DNA of 30,143 bases from Clostridia bacterium (GTDB lineage: Bacteria > Bacillota > Clostridia > Monoglobales > Monoglobaceae), in NCBI GenBank assembly GCA_017409915.1, contig JAFQRU010000011.1:1-30143 (forward strand). The letters run 5' to 3'. The notes below the pieces were generated by a model. That model ran no database searches. It was given only the letters and a program-made list of their open reading frames with translations, and had not been told where the DNA came from. The position numbers and the translations under genes were made by a program. Shown in pieces: positions 17,110 to 24,155 of this stretch (within the stretch, counting starts at the first letter, position 1; each line of letters opens with the position of its first letter).

Positions 17110-17138
17110 ATTATACCACACTGTATTATAAATTTCAA
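17110..17138 (-). promoter_or_regulatory. SigA-type promoter for the leader and CNNM gene
   Basis: TTGAAA-17 nt-TATAAT with an extended -10 TG. Confidence 0.75.
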
Positions 17139-17779
17139 TAGGCATTTAAATACTCAGAAAGTTCCTCAATGCTGTCGCAGATTTTAATTGCTCCGCTTTC
17201 TTCAAGCTCTCCCTCTTCTGCATAGCCATAGGAAACCCCAACGCAGGGCACATTATTTTTCTTTGCCCCTATGCAGTCGTGCATTCTGTCTCCCACCATA
17301 ACGGGATTTTTGAAGTTTGGTGCATTTTCAAGGGCATATTTTATAACATCTGCCTTATCGTTTCTTGTTCCGTCAAATTCTGCGGCAGAAATGAATGAAA
17401 AATACTCCATAAGCTCAAACTTTTCAAGTATTTTGATAACGAAAGGGCGAGGCTTTGATGTGGCAAGAACAAGAGTTTTCCCGCTCTCTTTAAGGGTTTT
17501 AAGCATTTCTTTTACCCCGTCTATAAGCTCATTTTCAAAAAGACCTACCACAGAAAAGCGCTCTCTGTATTTTTCAACGCAATAGAGGGCGTCTTCACGG
17601 CTCATTCCATAATATTCCATAAATCCGTCAACTAATGGAGGGCCTATAAAGCGCTTTAACTTTTCCTGATCATTTTCTATTATTCCCTTTGATTCCAAGG
17701 CATATTTAACGCTTTTTGTTATCCCCTCTTCGGGAAGAGTCAGCGTCCCGTCGAGGTCGAACAGTATTAAATCATACAT
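17135..17779 (-). CDS. HAD-IA hydrolase (phosphoglycolate phosphatase / nucleotidase-like)
   Basis: FDLDGTL, ATSK and MVGDRMHD motifs. Confidence 0.9.
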   Translation of the reverse strand: MYDLILFDLDGTLTLPEEGITKSVKYALESKGIIENDQEKLKRFIGPPLVDGFMEYYGMSREDALYCVEKYRERFSVVGLFENELIDGVKEMLKTLKESGKTLVLATSKPRPFVIKILEKFELMEYFSFISAAEFDGTRNDKADVIKYALENAPNFKNPVMVGDRMHDCIGAKKNNVPCVGVSYGYAEEGELEESGAIKICDSIEELSEYLNAY

Positions 17780-17792
17780 AGTTTTTCTCCTT

Positions 17793-18398
17793 TTACAAGC
17801 CGAGATATTCTCTTAGTTTTTCTGCATCTCCGTCAAACAAATATCCCTTTATTCCTATCTTTTCTGCGCCTTTGATGTTTGTCTCACTGTCGTCTATAAA
17901 CAGGCACTCTTCTGCTTTTAGGTTAAACTCGCTGAGCAATTGCTCAAAAATCTCTCTGTCGGGTTTTACCTTTCCAACAGGCCCTGAAAAAACAAGTCCG
18001 TCAAAGCAGGAAAACAGTTCTTTTATCCACTCAGCTTCCATATATCTTTCTGCAAAGCCAATACTTATATTTGACAAAAGATAGAGTTTTTTATCAGTTT
18101 TGCGGATGTCATAAATCAGCTTTTCCATATTGGGAACGGGGGTTAAGGAATTTATCCAGTTGTCATACACACGGCAGGCAAGCTCCCCCGTTTTTTCATC
18201 TGTTCGGGAAAGAAAGCCCTCTTTAACCTCTTCGTCTGTTATGCTTCCGTCATCCAGTTTGTCCCAGTAAAGTCTGTCAAAGGCAATTTCGCTTATTTCC
18301 TTGCAAAGCTTTTCATCCTCCACAAAAGGTTTTGTCAGCTTTTCGGGATAAAACTCCGCCAAAACATTACCGAAATCAAAAATATAATTCTTAATCAT
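17793..18398 (-). CDS. HAD-IA family phosphatase (YihX-like)
   Basis: FDFGNVL, LLSN, KPD and FIDD motifs. The start MIKN follows GGGGAG. Confidence 0.88.
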   Translation of the reverse strand: MIKNYIFDFGNVLAEFYPEKLTKPFVEDEKLCKEISEIAFDRLYWDKLDDGSITDEEVKEGFLSRTDEKTGELACRVYDNWINSLTPVPNMEKLIYDIRKTDKKLYLLSNISIGFAERYMEAEWIKELFSCFDGLVFSGPVGKVKPDREIFEQLLSEFNLKAEECLFIDDSETNIKGAEKIGIKGYLFDGDAEKLREYLGL

Positions 18399-18420
18399 TT
18401 TTATCTCTCCCCATAGTATG

Positions 18421-18449
18421 ATTTTACCATATCGCACCCTAAAAAGCAA
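18421..18449 (-). promoter_or_regulatory. SigA-type promoter for the HAD genes
   Basis: TTGCTT-17 nt-TAAAAT with an extended -10 TG. Confidence 0.6.
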
Positions 18450-18466
18450 GTAAAGTCATATTTTTG

Positions 18467-18495
18467 TTGACAAAATACACTTTTTTTGATATATT
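18467..18495 (+). promoter_or_regulatory. SigA-type promoter for trpB-mgtC
   Basis: TTGACA-17 nt-TATATT. Confidence 0.7.
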
Positions 18496-18500
18496 ATAAT

Positions 18501-18547
18501 AAGAACAGATTAGATGAGATTAGATTAGAATATTTAGACGAGATGAG
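18501..18547 (+). promoter_or_regulatory. TRAP-type NAG triplet repeat array (candidate RNA-binding-protein site)
   Basis: AAG aa CAG at TAG at GAG at TAG at TAG aatatt TAG ac GAG at GAG, in the trpB leader. Confidence 0.8.
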
Positions 18548-18570
18548 ACATTTTTATTTTGATGCTCTTT

Positions 18571-18601
18571 TCTTCTGATTTTCTGTTCAGAAGATTTTTT
18601 T
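18571..18601 (+). terminator. Attenuator terminator in the trpB leader
   Basis: TCTTCTGA-8 nt-TCAGAAGA followed by T7, 3 nt before the trpB SD. Confidence 0.8.
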
Positions 18602-18618
18602 ATTGGAGGATGAAAATT

Positions 18619-19860
18619 ATGAATAAGTATAAGGATTTTGAAAATTATCTTAAAGAAAACCCTACTCCTGACGGCTATTTCGGCAAATTCGGCGGGTCAT
18701 ATCTCCCACCTGAGCTTGAAGTTGCTTTTAAAGAGGCAGACGACGCTTACGAGGCAATTTGCCACTCTGCTCAGTTTATTAACGAGCTTCGCCGTATCCG
18801 TAAGGAATTTCAGGGCCGTCCTACTCCCGTTTACCACTGCGAAAGACTTTCCAAGCTCTTTGGCAACTGCCAGATTTATTTAAAGAGAGAGGACTTAAAC
18901 CACACAGGCGCGCATAAATTAAACCACTGTATGGGGCAGGGACTTCTTGCTAAATATATGGGCAAGAAAAAGCTTATTGCTGAAACAGGTGCAGGTCAGC
19001 ACGGTGTTGCTCTTGCAACCGCTGCCGCTTATTTCGGTATGGAATGTGATATTTATATGGGTGAGGTTGATATTGAAAAGCAACACCCTAATGTTATAAG
19101 AATGAAAATGCTCGGGGCAAGGGTTATTCCCGTAACTCACGGTCTTAAAACCTTAAAGGAAGCTGTTGACGCCGCATTTGATGCATATCTTAAAGAATAT
19201 GACAATGCGATTTACTGCATAGGCTCTGCTCTCGGCCCTCATCCTTTCCCAAAAATCGTAAGAGACTTCCAGTCTATTATCGGCATTGAGGCAAGGGAAC
19301 AATTCCTGGAAATGACAGGTATTATGCCTGACGCTGTTTGCGCTTGTGTTGGCGGTGGTTCAAACTCAATCGGTATGTTTGTTCCATTCGTTTCCGACCC
19401 TGTTGAAATTTACGGAATTGAGCCTCTTGGCAGAGGGGAAAAAATCGGTGACCACGCCGCAACGATGAAGTTTGGTAAGGCGGGCAGAATTCACGGCTTT
19501 GACACCTATGTTTTAAGCGACGAAAAGGGCGAGCCACTTCCTGTTTATTCAATCGCCAGCGGTCTTGACTATCCAGGTGTAGGCCCTGAACACGCTTATC
19601 TTCGTGATTTGGGCAGAGTTAACTATGAAACAGTTTCTGACGAAGAAGCAATGGAAGCTTTCTTCCTTCTTTCAAGATATGAGGGAATTATTCCTGCAAT
19701 TGAAAGTGCCCACGCTGTTGCATATGCTATCCGCTATGCAAAGGAGCATAAGTCAGGTTCAATCCTTGCTTGTCTTTCAGGCAGAGGGGATAAAGACATT
19801 GACTATGTTTACGAAAACTATGGTTGTGGCGAACAGTTTAAGCTTGATTATAAGATTTAA
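18619..19860 (+). CDS. trpB: Tryptophan synthase beta subunit, stand-alone
   Basis: [57 protein letters not shown] and LSGRGDKD motifs. The start MNKY follows GGAGG. Confidence 0.95.
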   Translation: MNKYKDFENYLKENPTPDGYFGKFGGSYLPPELEVAFKEADDAYEAICHSAQFINELRRIRKEFQGRPTPVYHCERLSKLFGNCQIYLKREDLNHTGAHKLNHCMGQGLLAKYMGKKKLIAETGAGQHGVALATAAAYFGMECDIYMGEVDIEKQHPNVIRMKMLGARVIPVTHGLKTLKEAVDAAFDAYLKEYDNAIYCIGSALGPHPFPKIVRDFQSIIGIEAREQFLEMTGIMPDAVCACVGGGSNSIGMFVPFVSDPVEIYGIEPLGRGEKIGDHAATMKFGKAGRIHGFDTYVLSDEKGEPLPVYSIASGLDYPGVGPEHAYLRDLGRVNYETVSDEEAMEAFFLLSRYEGIIPAIESAHAVAYAIRYAKEHKSGSILACLSGRGDKDIDYVYENYGCGEQFKLDYKI

Positions 19861-19878
19861 GAAAGGAATGTTTGTTAG

Positions 19879-20589
19879 ATGTTAGACTTTTTAGAGTCTT
19901 GGGGTATTTTACTTAAAGCGGAGCTTTTGCTTCGAATTTTGCTTTCAGTTATATGTGGGTATTTAATCGGTAACGAGAGAACCCATCAGGGCAAGCAGGC
20001 AGGCGTTAAAACACACTCAATCGTTGCACTTGCTTCTTGTCTTATGATGCTTATTTCCCAATACGGTTTCGAAGATTTTTACAGCATGGTTAACTATCCC
20101 GAAGTGGGGATGAGACTTGACCCGTCAAGAGTTGCGGCTCAAATCATTTCCGGTATTGGTTTTTTGGGCGCCGGAATGATATATGTTCATAAAAACAACA
20201 TTACCGGTCTTACCACTGCGGCAGGCATCTGGGCAACAGCCGGAATTGGTATGGCAATTGGTGGCGGAATGTATTTTATAAGCATTGCAACCACCATCAT
20301 TATCGTTCTCGCTCAGCTTTTTATGCATAATAGTTCAAAAGTTCCTCATCTTCCAAAAGAAGAAAAAATCACTTTTGTTGTTGAAGACACCCAGGAAGCT
20401 ATCGACCTTATTTTAGAATCTTTATCAGAATATGAAGTCGAGGTTCTTAAAATAAGCTATTCAAAGCTTGAAGATGGACTTTTAAGCGTAACAACCAAGG
20501 TTTCATATGACGGTACAGACAAAGATAAGCTGATGCGACTTATTGCGGAAATACATAAAGAGGAAAAAATTAAATCTGCACAATATTAA
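19879..20589 (+). CDS. MgtC/SapB family membrane protein
   Basis: ER...AGVKTH, DPSRVAAQIISGIGFLGAG and GLTTAAGIW motifs, with an ACT-like C-terminal domain. Confidence 0.92.
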   Translation: MLDFLESWGILLKAELLLRILLSVICGYLIGNERTHQGKQAGVKTHSIVALASCLMMLISQYGFEDFYSMVNYPEVGMRLDPSRVAAQIISGIGFLGAGMIYVHKNNITGLTTAAGIWATAGIGMAIGGGMYFISIATTIIIVLAQLFMHNSSKVPHLPKEEKITFVVEDTQEAIDLILESLSEYEVEVLKISYSKLEDGLLSVTTKVSYDGTDKDKLMRLIAEIHKEEKIKSAQY

Positions 20590-20593
20590 AATT

Positions 20594-20631
20594 AAAAGGT
20601 CAATACTCGATTTGAGTATTGACCTTTTTTT
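20594..20631. terminator. Bidirectional intrinsic terminator
   Basis: AAAAGGTCAATACTC-gattt-GAGTATTGACCTTTTTTT. Confidence 0.92.
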
Positions 20632-21730
20632 ATCTTAATCCCGAACTGTTATTAAGCATTACTGCGCTGTATATAAACAAAACATCCTGAGAACCAAAAT
20701 CGATTAGATTGCCGAGAAAATCACTTCCCACATAGCGTATATCAACAACCGTTGTCTTTTCATAACCCAAAGACAAAAGGGGAGCTAAGCTGCTTCCGAA
20801 AGAATCGCGGAAGATTATAAGCTCTTTCCCGTTTTTATTTTCGGGATGCTCAATGGTAACAAGCGGAGTTGACCCCGAGAGAAACATCTCATATGAGTCT
20901 TTTCCCTCTGCTTTTTCCATATTATACATTTCTCCCGTTTTCGGAGCGCCTGTGTCATAGTAATTAACAATCGCGCTGTCTAAGGCGGGATTTGTCAGAT
21001 ATTTTACAGTGTCTCCTTTAACCGATAATGCGGACTGACCTTTATAAACTCCATAGAAAGGCTTTTCTATTTCGTTTACTTTATAATCGGTTTTGATGAC
21101 TGTCCCCATTTCTTTTAAGATATATTCAGAAACATCCGTAATCTCCTCCTGTTTCCAGTGGGAGTCGGTTTTATAATAATCATCAATATCTAAAAGTGGT
21201 GCAACATCGATATATTTGGCATAGGGCATTTCCTTTTTGAAATAGTCAGTAAATTTATCATAGTCTATGGATAAATAACCATAATCTTTTCCAAAAAAGT
21301 AATTCTTATCGGGAATGATTGAAAGGTAGATCTTCATATCTTTTCCGTCTATATACTTATCGTAAATCTTATTGAAAATCTCTGCCGAGTGGCTCATCAT
21401 TTTCTCGTTTTCAGGATACTCAATTTTGGAAATATGCCCATTCTTAAAGTATAGCCCGTTATTATCCATCTGGTTTAAAACATTATTTACGAAAACCGCT
21501 TTAATCCCCCTGAAAACATCTCTCTTGGGGAATTGGTCGGCGCTGTATTCCTCGAAGTTTTTCATAAACTCCCCTGAGAAAATGGTTTGGGCGCTAACTT
21601 CCGTCATTTGAGCCAAGGGGCGTCTTTCGCTTTCGGAATATTCATCATCTTTCTTTAAAAAGCAGGAAAGAGAGATTGCGCCGACTAAAATGGCAAAAAT
21701 AACAACTGATATAATATCTTTTATTTTCAT
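20630..21730 (-). CDS. DHHW family (AlgJ/AlgX-like) O-acetyltransferase
   Basis: N-terminal transmembrane segment, SESERRPLAQ, YYKTDSHW and FRDSFG motifs; adjacent to an MBOAT gene. Confidence 0.88.
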   Translation of the reverse strand: MKIKDIISVVIFAILVGAISLSCFLKKDDEYSESERRPLAQMTEVSAQTIFSGEFMKNFEEYSADQFPKRDVFRGIKAVFVNNVLNQMDNNGLYFKNGHISKIEYPENEKMMSHSAEIFNKIYDKYIDGKDMKIYLSIIPDKNYFFGKDYGYLSIDYDKFTDYFKKEMPYAKYIDVAPLLDIDDYYKTDSHWKQEEITDVSEYILKEMGTVIKTDYKVNEIEKPFYGVYKGQSALSVKGDTVKYLTNPALDSAIVNYYDTGAPKTGEMYNMEKAEGKDSYEMFLSGSTPLVTIEHPENKNGKELIIFRDSFGSSLAPLLSLGYEKTTVVDIRYVGSDFLGNLIDFGSQDVLFIYSAVMLNNSSGLR

Positions 21731-21745
21731 ATTTCTCCCTCCCCT

Positions 21746-23146
21746 TTAAAATCTGAAATACAAGAATGGATTAAATGAGCCGTCTGCAAGATATGCTGTT
21801 GAAACAATCAAGAGCAAGACAAGGAGAGGAATTTCAATTATATCCCACGCCTTTTTAAATCTGCCTTTTTCGCTAAGCTTTCCCAACGCCTTTTTAGGAA
21901 GGGGCGTTGCGCCGATTATTCCTATGAGAATAACTGTTCCATAGCTTTTTAAATAATACAGAAATTCATTTGAAACAAGTGGTGCATTTCCTGCCCCGAA
22001 AAGTCCGCCAATATAAGAAACTGCCGTTTTTATATCCCCACTGCTGAATAATACAAAGCTTATTGCTACAAGGAAAAAGGTGTATATATGGCTTATTATC
22101 TTATTCTTTTTAAGGAAATCTGTTAGGAAAAACTTCTCAATGGTTAAGAAAACTCCGAAATAAAGTCCCCAGATGGCAAATGTCCACTCTGCTCCGTGCC
22201 AGAAGCCTGTTAAAAACCAGACCGTAAAAATATTTATTAAAAGCCTGAGCTTTCCTACTCTGTTGCCGCCCATCGGGATATAAACATAATCTCTAAACCA
22301 AGTCCCCAAAGATATATGCCATCTTCTCCAGAACTCTGTTATGCTTGAAGAGATAAATGGATAGTTGAAGTTTTCCATAAACTCAAAGCCCAAGATTTTA
22401 CCAAGTCCGATTGCCATATCGCTATATCCTGAAAAGTCAAAATAAATCTGGAGCATATAGGAAATTGCAAAGAGCCAGTAAAACGCCACAGACTTGTCCC
22501 CCGACTGCATAAAAATATCGCAAAGCTCCCCTAAAGTATTGGCGAGGATTATCTTTTTAGAAAGACCGATTATAAACCGTCTTATCCCATCGGATGCCTT
22601 TTCAAAGCTATGTTTTCTTTCCGTAAGCTGGGTTTCAATGTCTTTATAGCGAACAATAGGTCCTGCAATAAGCTGTGGGAAAAGGGCAACATAGGTTGCA
22701 AGGTTTATTGGGTTTCTCTGGGCCCTGACCGTACCTCTGAAAACATCAATATTATAGCTTAAAATCTGGAAAGTGTAAAAGCTTATACCGATTGGGAGAG
22801 CAATTTTGAGCAGTGGAACACTAAGGCCCGTTACCGCATTAAAATTCTCTATAAAAAAGTCGGCGTATTTAAAATAGGCAAGTGCACCAAGGTCAATTAA
22901 AACCGCCAATGCCAAAAAGATTTTGGAAAGCACTTTCCCTCTGAATTTTTCAATGAGCAGTCCCAAAGCATAGCCGCTTAAAACCGTAGCAATCATCAAA
23001 AATATATACTTTGGCTCGCCCCAGGCATAGAAAACAAGGCTTGAAAGTAACAGCACGCTGTTTTTCAGTAGCTTGGGTGCTATAAAATACAGTATTAAAA
23101 CTATTGGCAAAAAATAATATAGAAAAGGAATACTTGAAAAGAGCAT
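21746..23146 (-). CDS. MBOAT family O-acyltransferase (AlgI/PatA-like)
   Basis: MLFSS, LPIGISFYTFQ, FPQLIAGPIVRY, DFSGYSDMAIG, FWRRWHISL and GFWHGA motifs. Confidence 0.95.
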   Translation of the reverse strand: MLFSSIPFLYYFLPIVLILYFIAPKLLKNSVLLLSSLVFYAWGEPKYIFLMIATVLSGYALGLLIEKFRGKVLSKIFLALAVLIDLGALAYFKYADFFIENFNAVTGLSVPLLKIALPIGISFYTFQILSYNIDVFRGTVRAQRNPINLATYVALFPQLIAGPIVRYKDIETQLTERKHSFEKASDGIRRFIIGLSKKIILANTLGELCDIFMQSGDKSVAFYWLFAISYMLQIYFDFSGYSDMAIGLGKILGFEFMENFNYPFISSSITEFWRRWHISLGTWFRDYVYIPMGGNRVGKLRLLINIFTVWFLTGFWHGAEWTFAIWGLYFGVFLTIEKFFLTDFLKKNKIISHIYTFFLVAISFVLFSSGDIKTAVSYIGGLFGAGNAPLVSNEFLYYLKSYGTVILIGIIGATPLPKKALGKLSEKGRFKKAWDIIEIPLLVLLLIVSTAYLADGSFNPFLYFRF

Positions 23147-23170
23147 AAACTTTTCCTCCTCATAATTTAG

Positions 23171-23198
23171 AAAACGGGTGCAAAAAGGCACCCGTTTT
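23171..23198. terminator. Hairpin (weak terminator or processing site) between the lipoprotein and MBOAT genes
   Basis: AAAACGGGTGC-aaaaag-GCACCCGTTTT; only a short U-run follows. Confidence 0.6.
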
Positions 23199-23207
23199 AT
23201 TTAGCTG

Positions 23208-23861
23208 TTATTCGCCCTTAGGGCACATTACAAAGAATACCTTGTTACCTTCTGCGCCGTATACCATTTCTTCGGCTTCTGCGCAAACAAGCCATCTTAA
23301 ATTCGCCTGACTTTTAAGGGTCTGGATAAAAGACGCTGTATCGCCGGCGTTTTCAAGCTCAAAAACATATCCTACAAACGGAATTGAGCCAATCATAGGC
23401 ATAAAGGCAACCCCGCTCTTAAACCCTTTGATTTCTTCTCCATCAAAACCGGGGAGATAGTCGCCTACGGCAACAGGGTTTGTTACGGCAGAAAACTCAA
23501 TCTTTGAGTTCTGGCAAAGAACATTAACGATTTCTTCTGTGCTCTTTCCTGCTTTTGCAGCAGCCTTAAAGTCAGCAAGAAGGGCTGTTCCGAGGGTTTT
23601 TGGCTGTTCAGCAGGTTTTTCCTCAGGCTTTTCAGCTGGTTTCTCAGCAGGTTTTTCCTCAGGTTTTTCAGCAGGCTTCTGAGTTTCTTCCTTCTTCTCT
23701 TCTTCCTTTTCTGTCTCCTCAGGAACTTCTGTTTCCTCATCTTTGATAGTATCTTCTACTTTTGTTTCGTCCTTTTCAGGCTCTTTAACATCATCCTTTT
23801 TGCAAGATGCAAAAGATAATACCAAAACAAGTGCTAAAATAAGCGCTAAAACTTTTTTCAT
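23208..23861 (-). CDS. Lipoprotein with an acidic/KPxE repeat linker
   Basis: Signal peptide ending in lipobox-like FASC (Cys20), a low-complexity linker and a folded C-terminal domain. Confidence 0.85.
   Translation of the reverse strand: MKKVLALILALVLVLSFASCKKDDVKEPEKDETKVEDTIKDEETEVPEETEKEEEKKEETQKPAEKPEEKPAEKPAEKPEEKPAEQPKTLGTALLADFKAAAKAGKSTEEIVNVLCQNSKIEFSAVTNPVAVGDYLPGFDGEEIKGFKSGVAFMPMIGSIPFVGYVFELENAGDTASFIQTLKSQANLRWLVCAEAEEMVYGAEGNKVFFVMCPKGE
23607..23678 (-). repeat. Six tandem 12-bp coding repeats (KPAE/KPEE)
   Basis: Minus-strand units AAG/AAA CCT/CCA GCT/GAG GAA/GAG, repeated six times. Confidence 0.9.
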
Positions 23862-23876
23862 ATTTTTTTCTCCTTA

Positions 23877-24128
23877 TTATCTGTTTACATAATATTTAAC
23901 AAGTTCTTCCAGTATTTCGTCAGTTTCAACCTTCTGGATAAGACTTCTTGCGCCGTTATGAGCAGTTATATATGACGGGTCCCCTGACATAATATAACCA
24001 ACAATCTGGCTTATGGGATTATAGCCTTTTTCCACAAGAGCGTTATGGACAGTAAGAATTGTTTCCTGAATATCCATAGGCTTTTTCTCTACCTGAAACT
24101 TAATTGTAGCGTGCTTGTCGTTATTCAT
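23877..24128 (-). CDS. IreB / UPF0297 family regulatory phosphoprotein
   Basis: ALVEKGYNPISQIVGYIMSGDPSYIT-x-HNGAR-x-LI...EILEELV. Confidence 0.93.
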   Translation of the reverse strand: MNNDKHATIKFQVEKKPMDIQETILTVHNALVEKGYNPISQIVGYIMSGDPSYITAHNGARSLIQKVETDEILEELVKYYVNR

Positions 24129-24155
24129 TTTGTCTATCCTCCCGTATAGTATTTA

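Noticed and set aside
18501-18547. CRISPR array or simple microsatellite
   Set aside because: The unit is 5 nt with no spacers and no cas genes. Only the AG is fixed, which fits a protein-binding RNA motif better than slippage.
18496-18618. T-box or Trp-codon leader peptide for trpB
   Set aside because: The leader is too short (about 115 nt), has no T-box core and contains no short ORF with Trp codons.
18559-18618. N-terminal extension of TrpB given by the ORF track
   Set aside because: It has no SD and runs through the terminator; GGAGG supports the ATG at 18619.
23607-23678. Tandem repeat as a non-coding element
   Set aside because: It is an in-frame 12-bp coding repeat with synonymous variation, forming a lipoprotein linker.
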